DNA of 63,441 nucleotides, counting the filler, from Chiloscyllium plagiosum (Eukaryota): assembly GCF_004010195.1 (NCBI RefSeq). It is 4 parts of one record of this genome, joined end to end, with 100 filler letters (N's around TTAATTAATTAA, not from the genome) between each part and the next. Parts side by side here need not be neighbours in the genome. Positions count along the whole stretch, not along the records: positions 1 to 22,399 come from NC_057712.1; 3 more parts are not named here. One strand, given 5' to 3'. Position 1 is the first letter of the stretch. The number at the start of each line of letters is the position of its first letter. This document shows, piece by piece, positions 1 to 12,608 of this stretch. A model generated the notes under the pieces. The model was not told the origin of the DNA. It was given only the letters and a program-made list of their open reading frames with translations, and made no database searches. Made by a program: the position numbers and the translations under genes.

Positions 1-519
1 CCCGAAGATAGCTAGCAAACCTACCCTCCAGGATATTGGTGCCCTTCTGGTTCAGGTGCAACCCGTCCTGTTTGTACAGGTCCCCCTTCCCCAGAATGCA
101 GTCCAATTGTCCAAGTACCTGAAGCCCTCCCTCCTACACCATCCTTGCAGCCACGTGTTCAACTGCGCTCTCTCCCTATTCCTTGCCTCACTGTCACGTG
201 GCACCGGCAACAACCCAGAGATGACGACTCTGTCTGTCCTAGCTTTCAGCTTCCAGCCTAACTCCCTGAGCCTTGAATGACCTCCCCACCTCTCTTCCTA
301 CCTATGTCGTTGGTGCCAACGTGCACCACGACTTCTGGCTGCACACCCTCCCCCTTAAGGATTCTGAAGACACGGTCCGAGACATCTCGGACCCTGGCAC
401 CCGGGAGGCAAGAAACCATCCGAGAGTCTCACCCTTGTCCACAGAACCGCCTGTCCGTCCCTCTAACTAGAGAGTCTCCTATAACTAGTGCTCTCCTCCT
501 CTCCCCCTTTCCCTTCTGC
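1..519 (-). mobile_element. CR1 LINE ORF1 fragment (SGNH-esterase domain), degenerate
   Basis: Minus strand reads ALVIGDSLVRGTDRRFC...CLPGARVRDVSDRV...VHVGTND...LHLN. This is the GDS(L)/GTND esterase pattern also seen in the CR1 ORF1 copy at ~29570-30060. Confidence 0.85.
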
Positions 520-624
520 AAAGATGTGATCTTTGCAAAAGTCATGAAAGTGTGCATCCCTCATTCAAAATTTTCAGTAGTGGAAATGTTCAATTTCTAC
601 ATATAGATTATTTTTTCTCTTCAG

Positions 625-722
625 CGGTTCATGAAGAAGAAAAATGCTTGCGAGAATTAAATGAATCTGATGAACCAGATTGTTGGGATATGAATAAATT
701 ACCAGTAGTTACTCCAACATAA
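625..722 (+). CDS. Candidate terminal coding exon of an unidentified host gene (..VHEEEKCLRELNESDEPDCWDMNKLPVVTPT*)
   Basis: Strong acceptor ttttttctcttcag ending at 624; open frame to TAA 720-722; AATAAA at 940 and 965; non-repetitive. No upstream exon in the window. Confidence 0.45.
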
Positions 723-1997
723 ATTATGTCTGAAATTAACTCAGATCCAAGTCAGAGACAGACAAACAGCCTGACAAAGTGAAAAATTCAGTCGAAGTCA
801 AGGACAAGAACAGTCTTTGTCAGAGATATTGCTTTCTTAGATTCAGGCCTGGTTGGTCCAAAGTCTGAGTTGTGAAAGTTCAGGAAGAAAAGAGGTTTTC
901 TGTTTGCAACAGGAAACTCGCAGTTATGTTTAATCTATGAATAAATGAAAGACAAGTTGCACAGAATAAATTGTGTGGAACTCAAATGTTATGATGTTTT
1001 TTCATGAAGGGAGAAAGGATGGTGTAATAAGACCATTTTTAGCCATTTGTACCATAAACACATGCCATAAACACTTTTTCTTAATTCTACAACAATATCA
1101 CAGCCTCCATCCTCTACATACTGAAGAATGATTGGATTAAATGAGTAAAAATTGCACATGGAGTTTTATCAGAGCAAGGCAAAAGTGGAAAATGCAGAGC
1201 TTAAGTATCAATATCCAGCAATCATAGAGGAATTGCAACTCCATACATTTGTAATACAAGGTTAGCAAGCCTTGAATACAAAAACAAATGGCAAAGATTC
1301 AAAGAGGTGGCAGGCAATCAAAGAAGTTCAATTGATAGATCAATATTGTACAGGAGGCCCCCTCAATTGTTGCACATGTACCAAGAAAGATGTAAACCAG
1401 ATGTCTTGATCTACTTTATCATCTTATTCAATGGGAAATACTAAACAGCGTTTGGCAAGTAAGTACTTGGGCTAATATCGCCCACCTGGAACTTTTTTAA
1501 ATTAGTGTACAAGAGCATAAGTGAAGGATTTTCTCCCACAACAGAATCCAGATGATTTGGAAGTAGACAAAACAGTAAAATAAAGTGTTATTATAGCATT
1601 TGACTGTGCAAAGGGGACAAAGAAAATTAACTGACTGAATATAAAATATTGCAATGTTTTCATAAAAGAAAACCTAACCTTTAAATGTTAGTTTTTAAAT
1701 TATGTCTTTATGAGAAAGTTAGAATGCTTTTCAATAAAATTACAAACCAGGGTAACAAATCTGGTGATATAATACCAGAACTGCCTGGATTGTGAATAGG
1801 GATAATCTCACTTTGCTCTGAAGAATGTTACAAAGTGGATTTATGAAACCACACATTTTTTCCTAAAGTCTGTCTAGAAGAAAATTACTCATGAAAGCTG
1901 TGTTTTTAAAAGAAATCCTCCATAGCTTTTCTGTATTGTCTGCATTGTGGTCATGTGTATGTCATCAGAGCAACCATATACAAGTTACTTACCAATA

Positions 1998-2119
1998 TAA
2001 AACAAAGAATTGTGGATGTTGGAAATCTGAAATAAAAACAGAAAATGCTGGAGAACTGAGCAGGTTGGGCAACATCTGTAGAGAGATACAGAATTAACTA
2101 TTCAAGTCCAGTGACCCTC
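1998..2119 (-). mobile_element. Penelope-like terminal repeat (family 3), degenerate
   Basis: Similar to the copies at 39547-39675 and 46645-46781 (GATGCTGG..AAAACAGAAA..GCTGG..CAGCAGG..TCCAGTGACCCT). Confidence 0.6.
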
Positions 2120-2979
2120 AAGTACAAATTACATGTTGTTTGGATTGGATCTTTTTTTAAATTTGCAGACATATGTGTGGTTAAGGTACAAAAGAAATAA
2201 TAATTGTTGATTAAAACAATTCTTTGTCAATTATATCTATTTTCAGTTCAATTAAGGCATCTCCAAATGTTTAAACTTTCATTATCAGAAGTAGTGTCCA
2301 TTTCTTATATATCTTGCCAATTTTAGCACACTCCAAATTGATTAGCCAGTTAATGATAGTTATCGTGTCACCATTGTCTCATTACCATTAGTTGCAGTTA
2401 GAAAATGTAACAAAATCACTTACAGAGTACTTTGTATATTGAGCTGGAAGCACTGCTACTTTAAAAAGGGGCTGTCTCCAGTTGGATAACCTGATTATAC
2501 TTATCTATTTACTTCTGACCCCCATTCTTAAATTAAAGCAAATAGTATGTTGAGGGGCTAATTGAGGATATTTGAAATTTCCCACAATTTAAGAAGTTGA
2601 TCATGATAAAGGACCACAGAGTTATTAAATGTCAACAATGGTATGCCAGAAGCCTTATTACTTTCAGGTCAAACTACACAGCACCTACATCGATGGAGCT
2701 GAGGTATCATTAGGCTTCAGTTTAACACACAGCACAGCAATAGCTCTTGAGTATAATTTTCTGATGTCCAACTATGTTTGTCATCAATTCAAATTCAGCT
2801 GAATTAAATTACACATTGAAGCTCAACCCATTTGAATAGTTTTATAGAAAATTGCAGTGAGTTGTAAATTCTGAGTTTTCCTGTGTATTCGCAGGATGTG
2901 AATTATATATTTGAAATCTTATCAGCAACTATTTTGTAAAATGCAGTCTTTCCATAAAGTTTCATTACTGTTTAATTGC

Positions 2980-4140
2980 ATAGAGTCATAGAGTCATACA
3001 CTAAAGAAACAAGCCTTTCGGCCCACCAAGTCTATGTTGACTAACAAACACCAAACTACATTAATCCCATTTATTTGCCCTTGGTCCATAGCCTACTATG
3101 CCCTTGCATTTTAAGTACTCATCCAAATGCTTACTAAATGTTGTAAGACTACTTGTGTCCATCAGGCAACGTTTCATATATCTGCCACCATCTTTCTTCA
3201 GATCTCCTTTGAACCATTTACTCCTCACCATAAGCTTATGCTCTCTGGCCTTCAACACATCTGCCATGGGAAAGAAGTTCTCACAATCTACTCTGTCTGT
3301 ACATCACATAATTTTGTACATCTCAATCTCAGGATCCCTCTCAGTCCTCTGGTCCAAGGAAAACAAACCCAGCCTATCCAATCTCTCTTCATAACTGAGA
3401 CTTCTCATCTTAGGCAACATCCTGTGAATCTCCTCTGCACCCTCTCCAATCACGTCCTTCCAATAGTAACACGACCAGAACTGCATTCCACTGTGACCTA
3501 ACCAATGTTTCTTAAAGTTCTTGTTAAAAATTCCTTGCTCCTATATTCTATCCGCTAGCTAATGAAGGCAAGCATCCCATATATCCTCTTCACCACCCTG
3601 TCCACCTGTGCTGACACTTTCAAGGATTTATGGACTTGTTCACCAAAGTCCCTTTGTTCCTCAGCACTCTCTCAGGATCTATCATCCTTTGTATACCATT
3701 CCATTATTAGACATCTCAAAATGTATCACCTCACACTTAACAGGATTTAATTCCATCTGCAATTCCTCTGCTCAGTTAACAGCTGCTCAATATCAGGCTG
3801 CAGCCTGAGACCATCCTCCTCACAATCAACGCCACTAATTTTCAAATCATCTGCAAACGTATTAATTATACCTTCTAATACTCACATCCAAATCGTAAAT
3901 GTACATAACAAACAGTAAGGTCCCAGCACCAATCCCTGTGGTACACCACTGATCACCGTTACAAATTACAAAAGTAACCTGTCACTGTCACCCTTTGCCT
4001 CCTATTCATTAGGCAATTTAGAATCCAGTTTGTCAACTTGCCTTGGATCCCATGGTCTCTTATCTCTTGGACTCACCTTCCATGTGGAACCTTGTCAAAG
4101 GCCTTACTGAAGTTCATGTAAACCACAACAACTACACTAT
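2980..4140 (-). mobile_element. CR1 LINE, 5'-truncated (RT C-terminus + 3'UTR)
   Basis: Minus-strand peptides YMNFSKAFDKVPH, GVPQGLVLG, FADD, YEERLDRLGLFSL; (GACTCTAT)n-type tail at ~2980. Confidence 0.9.
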
Positions 4141-5824
4141 ATACAAGCTATAATAGAAAAAAATTCACATGATTCCCTTTCCTAGAGCTACACAACAATC
4201 ACTGCATTAAGAAATAATTTATTATGTTCAAACTAAGGTTTGAAATGTTTCTACAAGTTGAGCTGAGACACTATATGAATATGCCTTTCTTTCTGGGTTT
4301 GTTAGCATTTAACAACTACATGTATCTTCTCTTTTAGTCTTTCCAGTCTTGGTGCGGTTACCTATGGACCTTGACTTGTCATCAAAATTAATTAATTAAA
4401 AAAAATAAGATAACAAACCAACAAAACACTCTTCGGTATGACCATCAGTTTTGAGCTGATTGACTCAGCTAAGAGTGCTGTCCGCAAATTTGGAAAGTTG
4501 ACCACTTACTAAGACTGTCCAAAAGGTTGACAGCGTCAGACAGTTACTTGGTGATTGTTTCTAAGTTCTAATCTCTTTTGCCCAGATATTAATTATTCAC
4601 TCAGGCGATTACATTATTGTCGAGTAATTATTACCAGGTGCCCATTCATCTCTGGATAATGTAGAAACCTACAGTCTGGAGTTGCTAGCAATGTTAGTAC
4701 TTGTGTTAATGATTTCAGCGATGAAAACCGATCTAGAAGGAATAATACAATGATTTGATGTATTATGAAAACTGAGCATCAAGGATCATTCAACAGCACA
4801 CTCATTGGGACAAAACATGAAAATGAATCGAGCTCCCTGATGTCCAGATGTATGCTTAGTGATTGACACCTTGGTTATGTATTCGGATGGAATGTGTTAC
4901 AGTAATTGGTGAGTTGTCCATGCCTACCCATTAATTTTGGGGAGGTTTTATATTGTAGAGTAGAGCTGGACGGGACAAGAATTCAAGTCTGAAATCACCT
5001 AAAGATCAATACTTTACCATGATCCCAACTATTCCAGTGAACACATGGTAGTGAAGTTGCAAGCGCAAGTCTGTTTTAATGCTATGCAGGGATAGACGGT
5101 AAATATAAAACCGATGTAGTGATGAATGGGGAAATCACTTCCAAGTGCTGAACAGACTTGTTAATGAATCGGGAGACAGTAAGTATGAAAACTTTAGATC
5201 TATGATAGCATCATACTGAAATAATCTAAAATTAATTTCATGTGAATGTTAATAGTAAACTGCTGCTCATTTGGTGCTATTAATCACAACTCCATCAATA
5301 TATGCTGTATAACAGAAAGCTTATATCCCAAGAAAAGTTCAAAGAAACCTTATGTTCCTTCAGATCTCAGTCATACAAAGAAAACTGTTTGTTTCTTAAA
5401 TCATTCCAGGTGTTTCACCCCTGCTACTTTATCTAGAAGTCTATTTCATTTGAAAAAACGTTTATTCCATACATTAAATACTCTTTTGGACAGAAAATTA
5501 GTATCAGTTTCCATCAGTGTGATTTAAATAATTGTTAGAGAGTGACTCAATCAAAATTGGGCCATCTGACTGAAACTGGTACGTGCTGTAAGACCTTAGA
5601 AATTACAATCAGCTCCAATGCAGAGCTGATCTGCCAACCGGTGGGTGGGTGGGGAGAGGGGAAGTCATTTTGTGGCATTTTTCCTTGAAATTATTCTGCA
5701 AAAATCAGGCATTACTTTTCTGTCATTAGCCATGGCGAGAGCAGCTGTAAAACATGAAGTATCTAGGCTCATTTGGATGTCCAGTTTGGAGTGAGAATCT
5801 CCAACCATCATTAGGATCCAACCG

Positions 5825-5917
5825 CTGCTGGCAAATGGGACAAGATTAGCTTAGGTTATCTGGTCAGCATGGACGAGTTGGACCAAAGGGTCTGTTTCTG
5901 TGCTGTATGACTCTATG
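5825..5917 (+). mobile_element. CR1 3' tail fragment
   Basis: Matches the CR1 3'UTR of 23135-23233 (GGTCAGCATGGAC..GGGTCTGTTTC..TGCTGTATGACTCTATG). Confidence 0.8.
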
Positions 5918-6544
5918 GTGCATTCTATTTTTCTCAGGTAGGCACCTATCATGGCTTCCAATTTCCCAGCCCTCACATGTCTTGGCGGATAGGGTGAGGA
6001 GGAGACTGGACCTGGGACCGAAACCTAAGCAAAGTTAGCTCCCTAGCTTATAGGAAGCTTGGTATTTCTTTTTAAAATTGTTTCGACAATGCTGTTCTGT
6101 GGCTTTATGAGATGAAAATATTACAGCGTGTAGGAAAAAAAAAATTGCTGTCTCTAATCAACACACATTGTAAATGCAAAAAATGGCATATATATAATAC
6201 TTAGAAATAAGCAAAATTATTGTCAGATGGGTAAAAAATATTGAATTAAAATGAGCTTTTCAAAGCAATATTATTCCTTTTTGTCATGACAGTTATGCAT
6301 TTTCTTTACAAGCCTTTATGTTCACATAAACTGGAAAGTAAAGTATTTGAAAATAGCACTGTCTGCTTTTGTAAGCTTGCACGGTGTTAAAGGAGGAAAA
6401 GAAGGGCAGAAATGAATATAGAATAAATTTAGGCAAATATTTTTAAAGATGGAATTTTGCCGAAAGAGACAAGGAAGGGACTGACAGGAGGAGAAAGCAG
6501 GATAGATATACAGAGACATAACACAAACACTCAAGCATACTAAT

Positions 6545-7030
6545 TAGGAGAAAGGATAAGCATTTGTCCACTCTGGCTTGCTACATCACTCAACAGATCA
6601 TGGCCGATCTAAATGCCGCCTCAACTCCGTATTTCTGTTTACCCTGATAATCATAAACTCCCCTGTTTGTCAAGAATATATGTATCTCTGTTTTAATTCA
6701 GTGATCCCACTACTCTCTGTGGAAGAAATTTCAAAAGAATCACAACCTTATGATAGAAACAAATCTTCCCTATCTCCTTTTAAAATGGAACGTCCCTGAT
6801 TTTTAAACTGTGCTCCCTAGTTTCTCAGCTTCCATAGTTAGCCACAGATGGTGCCCTTCCAAACTATCTTTCCTCCTCACCAAAATCCATCTTTTGTGTT
6901 CAAAACGCCTCCTGAATGTCTGCAGCTATAGCTCTACCAATTCATCCCTTAAATTAGTTTCCCAATTCACTTGAGCCAATTCTGTCCCCATGTTCTCATA
7001 GTTGCATCATGTCAGTTTAAACATTAATAT
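6545..7030 (-). mobile_element. Old CR1 fragments
   Basis: Degenerate similarity to the CR1 3' ends at 32900-33247 and 40405-41195 and to the EN-linker region near 61000-61180. Confidence 0.45.
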
Positions 7031-7145
7031 TCGATCCAATATACTCTCTATCGGTGAAATTGAGCCCAATGGATCAGAGACCACAAAAGAGGATCGCGGT
7101 GAAATTGACAAGTTTAATTAAACAAAGCCATATCACAGAAGAGAA

Positions 7146-7645
7146 NNNNNNNNNNNNNNNNNNNNNNNNNNNNNNNNNNNNNNNNNNNNNNNNNNNNNNN
7201 NNNNNNNNNNNNNNNNNNNNNNNNNNNNNNNNNNNNNNNNNNNNNNNNNNNNNNNNNNNNNNNNNNNNNNNNNNNNNNNNNNNNNNNNNNNNNNNNNNNN
7301 NNNNNNNNNNNNNNNNNNNNNNNNNNNNNNNNNNNNNNNNNNNNNNNNNNNNNNNNNNNNNNNNNNNNNNNNNNNNNNNNNNNNNNNNNNNNNNNNNNNN
7401 NNNNNNNNNNNNNNNNNNNNNNNNNNNNNNNNNNNNNNNNNNNNNNNNNNNNNNNNNNNNNNNNNNNNNNNNNNNNNNNNNNNNNNNNNNNNNNNNNNNN
7501 NNNNNNNNNNNNNNNNNNNNNNNNNNNNNNNNNNNNNNNNNNNNNNNNNNNNNNNNNNNNNNNNNNNNNNNNNNNNNNNNNNNNNNNNNNNNNNNNNNNN
7601 NNNNNNNNNNNNNNNNNNNNNNNNNNNNNNNNNNNNNNNNNNNNN
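7146..7645. other. Assembly gap (500 N)
   Basis: Run of N. Confidence 1.
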
Positions 7646-7836
7646 AAGGGGCAATAGAGGGTGAGGAAATTCTCAGTTTGGTAATATGAGTAAACAAATT
7701 GAGCGTTCAGATTACTGTCCATTGAAGACGTTGGGGGGGGATGGGTGAAAAACTGAAAGATTGTAGGAAATTTATCTTCAAACCCAAAGTAAATATCCAG
7801 GAGACTTAAAAAAACTAAAACAACTATTTGGTTAAT

Positions 7837-7972
7837 TGAAGAGTCGTCATATTGGGCTTGAAATGTTAACTGTTTCTCTCTCTCTCTCCACAGATGCTTC
7901 CAGCACTGGTGAGGTTGTCCAACACTGTTTGACTTTATTTCTGATCTCCAGCATATACAATACTTTGCATTT
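7837..7972 (+). mobile_element. Penelope-like terminal repeat (family 3), degenerate
   Basis: TGAAGA..GAAATGTTAACTGTTTCTCTC..CCACAGATGCT..TTTATTTCTGATCTCCAGCAT. Confidence 0.6.
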
Positions 7973-9069
7973 ATTTAAAGCGCTGCACGTGTCCCTACAG
8001 CCTGCAGTGGTTTATGGCAGCACATCGATTAGGGTTACATTGGCCCAGCTAGTGACATTCACATTACATATAAATAAACAAACCGAATTGCTTTTGCAGT
8101 CTCCTGGAGATTTATTTTAGGATTTGAAGATAAATCACTAAGAATCCTTCACTGCAACCCCACCTCCACCCGACTTGCCCCTTGGGCAGTAATCTGCACA
8201 CTCTTGCATCAATTTGTTTACTCATTACCCTCTTTTTGTCCCTTGCTGCTAAACATTGGCCTCATGTTCCTCTTGGAGCAACTCAGGTGATTTCACCACT
8301 TGCAAAGTGTACTTCTGTTGTCTGTATAATGCTTGGGAGTTTTGCTTTTTCCGTGGGGTTGGCTTCACAGTGTTGTTTGAGAGTCAGAACTCTGTGCAAT
8401 CAGGAGGCAGGTTGGTGAGTATGCTTGCCAGAGTTCTTGGCTCTTTACATTGTTCAAAGGCCCCTAAGTCTCTCTGTGCCCCCTTTGGCATCACCTCCAT
8501 AGCGATTCAGTCAGTATCCACTTAATACAGCCTTTTGATTTCATGCAATGGTAAGAGAAAAAAATAACCCTTCTAGAGCATCAACCTTATCATCTAATAA
8601 AAGTCTCCATCAAACACATTAGGGTTGCTAATAGGAAAAACTGCATTATATCATGGAAAATAAATCTTATAATACTTGTAATCCTAAAAGTTTGTGTCAG
8701 CAAACCATAAAGCACAAGAATATAATCTGTTATTGCAGCATCTTAAAACTGTCAATTTATTCTCAGATTAATTTAACTCCAATCATGTGGAAACCTGTGA
8801 GCACTTGAAACTCATCCAAGCATTCTGTTACTGTCAATATCATATACTTGTAAAGCTTATTGGGAGTTGGAAAATTTGCTTCTAAAAAGCGACATGGAAT
8901 ATTGAAATTATACCTTAACAGAATGGACTCAAGAGATTCGGGTGACTTCTTTTGTGGTTTCTGTCGTGACAGACACATTTGAACATATCTCTGTAAACTT
9001 ATTTAAAATGCAGATGGCCTTATTGACATGTCAGGTCATTTGACAAAACCAGTGATGACAATAATTCGA

Positions 9070-9330
9070 ACATCGGTGGTGAAGGGAGTGGATGCTCGTG
9101 GATGTGCTATCAATCAGGCAGGATATCTTGTTCAGGATGGGGCCAAGCTTCTTGAGTGTTGTTGGACCTGCATCCAGCCAGGCATGTGAGGAGTACTTCA
9201 ACTTACTCCTGACTCGTTTCTTGTACATGATGGGAAATCAGGAGGGAATTTACTTGCCACAGTATTCCTAGCCTCTGACCTGCTGATGTAACCATTTTTT
9301 TATGGCAAGTGCAGGATGTTGACAATTGAG
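9070..9330 (-). mobile_element. CR1-clade family B ORF C-terminal fragment
   Basis: Peptide KYSSHAWLDAGPTTLKKLGPILNK; homologous to 16150-16300. Confidence 0.65.
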
Positions 9331-10119
9331 AATTAAGTCAATCAGGGTCACCTGGTATGATAATCCACCCAGGCTAATACTAATTCTCCTCATCTCCTCA
9401 TCTGCATAAAATACCTGAGGCCTTTCATGTGACCTTGCCAAGATGTATTAAAAACTAGTTCTTTTAAAAAGCAGTTCTTTTTCACAAAAGAAAATGGGGC
9501 TTGAAGAACACTGGTAAACATTGTTAGTATCAGTTCCAAATCACGGACAATGAAATGAAACACCCGGAAGCAAAATTTCTTGGCAATTTCTCATTAGAAC
9601 TGATCCAGTTTTCCCTTGAGTGGGTTCTTGTACTTTCATTAAATTATAGCAGGTGCTCATATCATTCAGTTTCCCTTGGCTCGCAACTGTCCAGGAGTTT
9701 ATACCAGGAAACAAGAGATCCTTAGGGATAGCAGCAAATGCAATACATTACATGTTACTTAAAAAGACAAAAACACTAAATATAAACTTGCCTGCATGAA
9801 GCTAATTTGTTCTCATGCGTACAGAAAGACCAAATACATCTTGAATATTTTAGGACATTTATCATATCTAGTACCAGAAATGCAAGACAGCGAAAAATTG
9901 GAAGATACCTAATGTTCTTGCAGCATAGCATGATGAATTTGAAGAGGTAAATGAGGAAACTGGCAACTTATTTCCAAACTGACATAATTACCCTGTCACC
10001 AACACAGTGTGACAACCATGCATTTAGGCATTTAAACCTTTTCTAATCCTAAATGTCTTCCCTTGTTTTTTTCTGTGACATTGAAGCAAACTCAGAACAC
10101 CATGGAATCAGAAGAATTC

Positions 10120-10212
10120 AGTTCCTGATAAAGATTTGAAACACAACCCTGCTTTCCCCCCACAGATGCTACCAGATCTGCTGAGTTACTCCAGCATTTT
10201 CTATTCTTGTTA
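10120..10212 (+). mobile_element. Penelope-like terminal repeat (family 3) fragment
   Basis: CCACAGATGCTACCAGATCTGCTGAGTTACTCCAGCATTTTCT. Confidence 0.55.
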
Positions 10213-10389
10213 TGGAATCAGAGCAGCCAGTTTAGAAATTAATAAATGAGTTGGGAAAAATAAAATGCAGCCAGAATAATGGTGGTTGAAATGTAATAAG
10301 GATGGTAATGCTGCATGCAGTCAAATAAACAACTGCACAGAAGAAGTTGGTGCTGCACATAACAATGTGCTTGGTATTGAACTAATGAA

Positions 10390-11915
10390 AGACAAGGTTA
10401 AAAGTGATCTAGGAGTCCAATGTTATTTCAGAGGGCTTTTGATAAGTTCCCACATAAGAGATGAGCATGGAAGATTAAAACATTTGGGATTGGGAATAGT
10501 ATTCTGTCAGCGATAATGAAATGGTTGGCTGACAGGAAACAAAGCGTAGAAATATTCCGAGTCATTTTCCGAGTGGTAGCCAGTGACCAGTGGGGTACTG
10601 CAAAAATCAGTGCTTGGGCCGCAGCTATTCATAATATATTAATGAATTGGATGAGGTAATTAAACGTAATATCTCCAAGTTTGCAGATGATACAAAGCTG
10701 GGGGGTGGGGGGGGGGGGGGGGTGAACTGTGTGGAGGATGCAGAGATGCTTTAGTGTGATTTCGGCAAGTTCAGTCAGTGGACAAAAGCTTAGCAGATGA
10801 AATTTAATGTGGATAGGTATGAGGTTATCCACTCTAGTATCAAAACCAGGAAGACAATTTATTATTTGAATCACAATAGATTGGGAAAGGGGGAGGTGCA
10901 ACAAGACTTTGCTATCCAGTTGCTGAACATAAGCATGCAGGTGTAGCAGGCGGTGAAGAAGGCAAATAGTATGTGGGCCTTCAGAATGAGAAGGTTTGAG
11001 TAGCAGAGGCAGGATATCTTGCTGTAATTGTACAGGTGAGACCATACCTAGAGTGTTGTGTGTAAATACTGTCTCCTTATCTGAAAAAAGATATTCTGAC
11101 TTTGGAGAGAATGCAGTGAAGGTTTTTCAGATTGATTCCTGGGATGGCAGGACTGACATATAAGGACAGTGGATCCCGAAGAAGTATTCATTGGAATTTA
11201 GAAAAATGAGCGGAGATCTCATAGAAACCTATAAAACTCTGACAGGATTAGATAGGGCAGAAAATGTGTTGCTGGAAAAGCGCAGCAGGTCAGGCAGCAT
11301 CCAAGGAACAGGAGAATCGACATTTCGGGCATAAGCCCTTCTTCAGGAATGAGGAAAGTGTGTCCAGCAGGCTAAGATAAAAGGTAGGGAGGAGGGACTT
11401 GGGGGAGGGGCTTTGGAAATGCGATAGGTGGAAGGAGGTAAAGGTGAGGGTGATAGGCCAGAGTGGGGTGGGGGCGGAGAGGTCAGGAAGATGATTGCAG
11501 GTTAGGAAGGCGGTGCTGAGTTCGAGGGATTTGACTGAGACAAAGTGGGGGGAGGGGAAATGAGGAAACTGGAGAAATTTTCAGGAATGAGGAAAGGACA
11601 GGGTAACTGCAGGATGTTCTCAATAACCAGGGAATCTAGATCCAGGGGTCACAGTTTAAGAATAAGGGGTAGGCCATTTAGGACTGAGGTAGTGTCAAAA
11701 TTTCTTCACCAAGACAGTGGTGAGTCTGTGGAATTCTCTGCCACAGAAACTGATTGAGAATGCTTTCAAGAAGGAATTTGATCCAATTTTTAGGACTAAA
11801 GGGATCAGAGGATATGGGGAGAAAGTGGGAACATGGTCCTGGCTAAGATCAGCCACAATGATATCAAAAGACAGTTTGCAAAATGTCCTACTACTGCTCC
11901 TATTTTCTACGTTTC
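10390..11915 (+). mobile_element. Older CR1 LINE, RT to 3'UTR, interrupted by a Penelope piece
   Basis: YINELDEVIKRNISKFADDTKLGG; RSRGHSLRIRGRPFRTE; VSLWNSLPQ; many stops and frameshifts. Confidence 0.85.
11259..11597 (-). mobile_element. Penelope-like pLTR (family 1) plus 3' UTR inserted in CR1
   Basis: AAAATGTGTTGCTGGAAAAGCGCAGCAGGTCAGGCAGCATCC..TTTCGGGCATAAGCCCTTCTTCAGGAAT followed by a purine-rich body like 35200-35400. Confidence 0.8.
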
Positions 11916-12509
11916 TATGCAAGACAAAGCAGCATCAAAGTCAACAGAATGCTTAAATATGCAGTCCCAACAGGAGAATACAACACAGAGGAGCTTGTGA
12001 TCAAACTGTGTGGGACTCTGGTTGGACCACGTACTCCCAGTGGCAGCTAGTATTCCAATTTTTGAGGTACTCTCAATACATCATTTCCATTCTCAAGAAG
12101 TTCAGGAGAAATATATTGTGACAATTTAACTTGTGGATGCAGCCACAACAGTAATCAAAAGGTCAGTGGTCCTTTCCTGGTGCATTATAAATGTTTTTAA
12201 TCTACATGCTGAAACATGTTATGTCACACCTTTACTGTAGGTGGTATTTCAGATGATGTACTCCGGACCACAGTCAGCACCTTTACAGTGAGAGTATAGG
12301 TCTATCCCTGAACATCTCTATGATGATAGTCCTCTGCCAACCTGGCACAACATTGTAGAACAAATCTTCAATCATCAAGATCCACAGGGAGGCCTTAGAG
12401 AACATTGACCACTTTCAATGTGTCCTGTCCGCGAAAGCAGCGATTGATGAAGAGGTCCAGCACTGCCTCCAGTGTGCTAGTGCAGCCTTCGGTCACCCAA
12501 GGAAAACAA

Positions 12510-12608
12510 GGGCCTCCACAATCACCCGATGAAGGAGCGTCGCTCCGAAAGCTAGTGTGCTTCCAATTAAAGCTGTTGGATTATAACCTGGTGTGGTGTG
12601 ATTTTTAA
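12510..12608 (+). mobile_element. Penelope-like pLTR (family 2), single arm
   Basis: Same sequence as the arms at 39460-39546 and 49890-49983. Confidence 0.75.
12523..12557 (+). ncRNA. Minimal hammerhead ribozyme motif (family 2; U4>C variant)
   Basis: CAC-CCGATGA-A-GGAGC-GTC-GCTCC-GAAA-GC-TA-GTG: stem I CAC/GTG, stem II GGAGC/GCTCC, palindromic AGCT helix III. Confidence 0.6.

Noticed and set aside
5066..5160. 10-bp inverted repeat enclosing three short hairpins, with GTGATGA and CTGA (snoRNA- or ribozyme-like)
   Set aside because: The C box is not adjacent to the 5' stem, there is no ribozyme core, and an inverted repeat of this size is expected by chance in this much sequence.
7054..7722. 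Long ORFs spanning N runs (also 25515-26137, 49127-49793)
   Set aside because: Open only because the bases are unknown. The 7054-7145 flank may be a retroelement piece but is too short to call.
8914..8991. Minus-strand exon-like segment (similar weak ones at 34490, 44770, 53056)
   Set aside because: Splice signals of this strength are common by chance; no coherent frame linking them and no recognisable protein.
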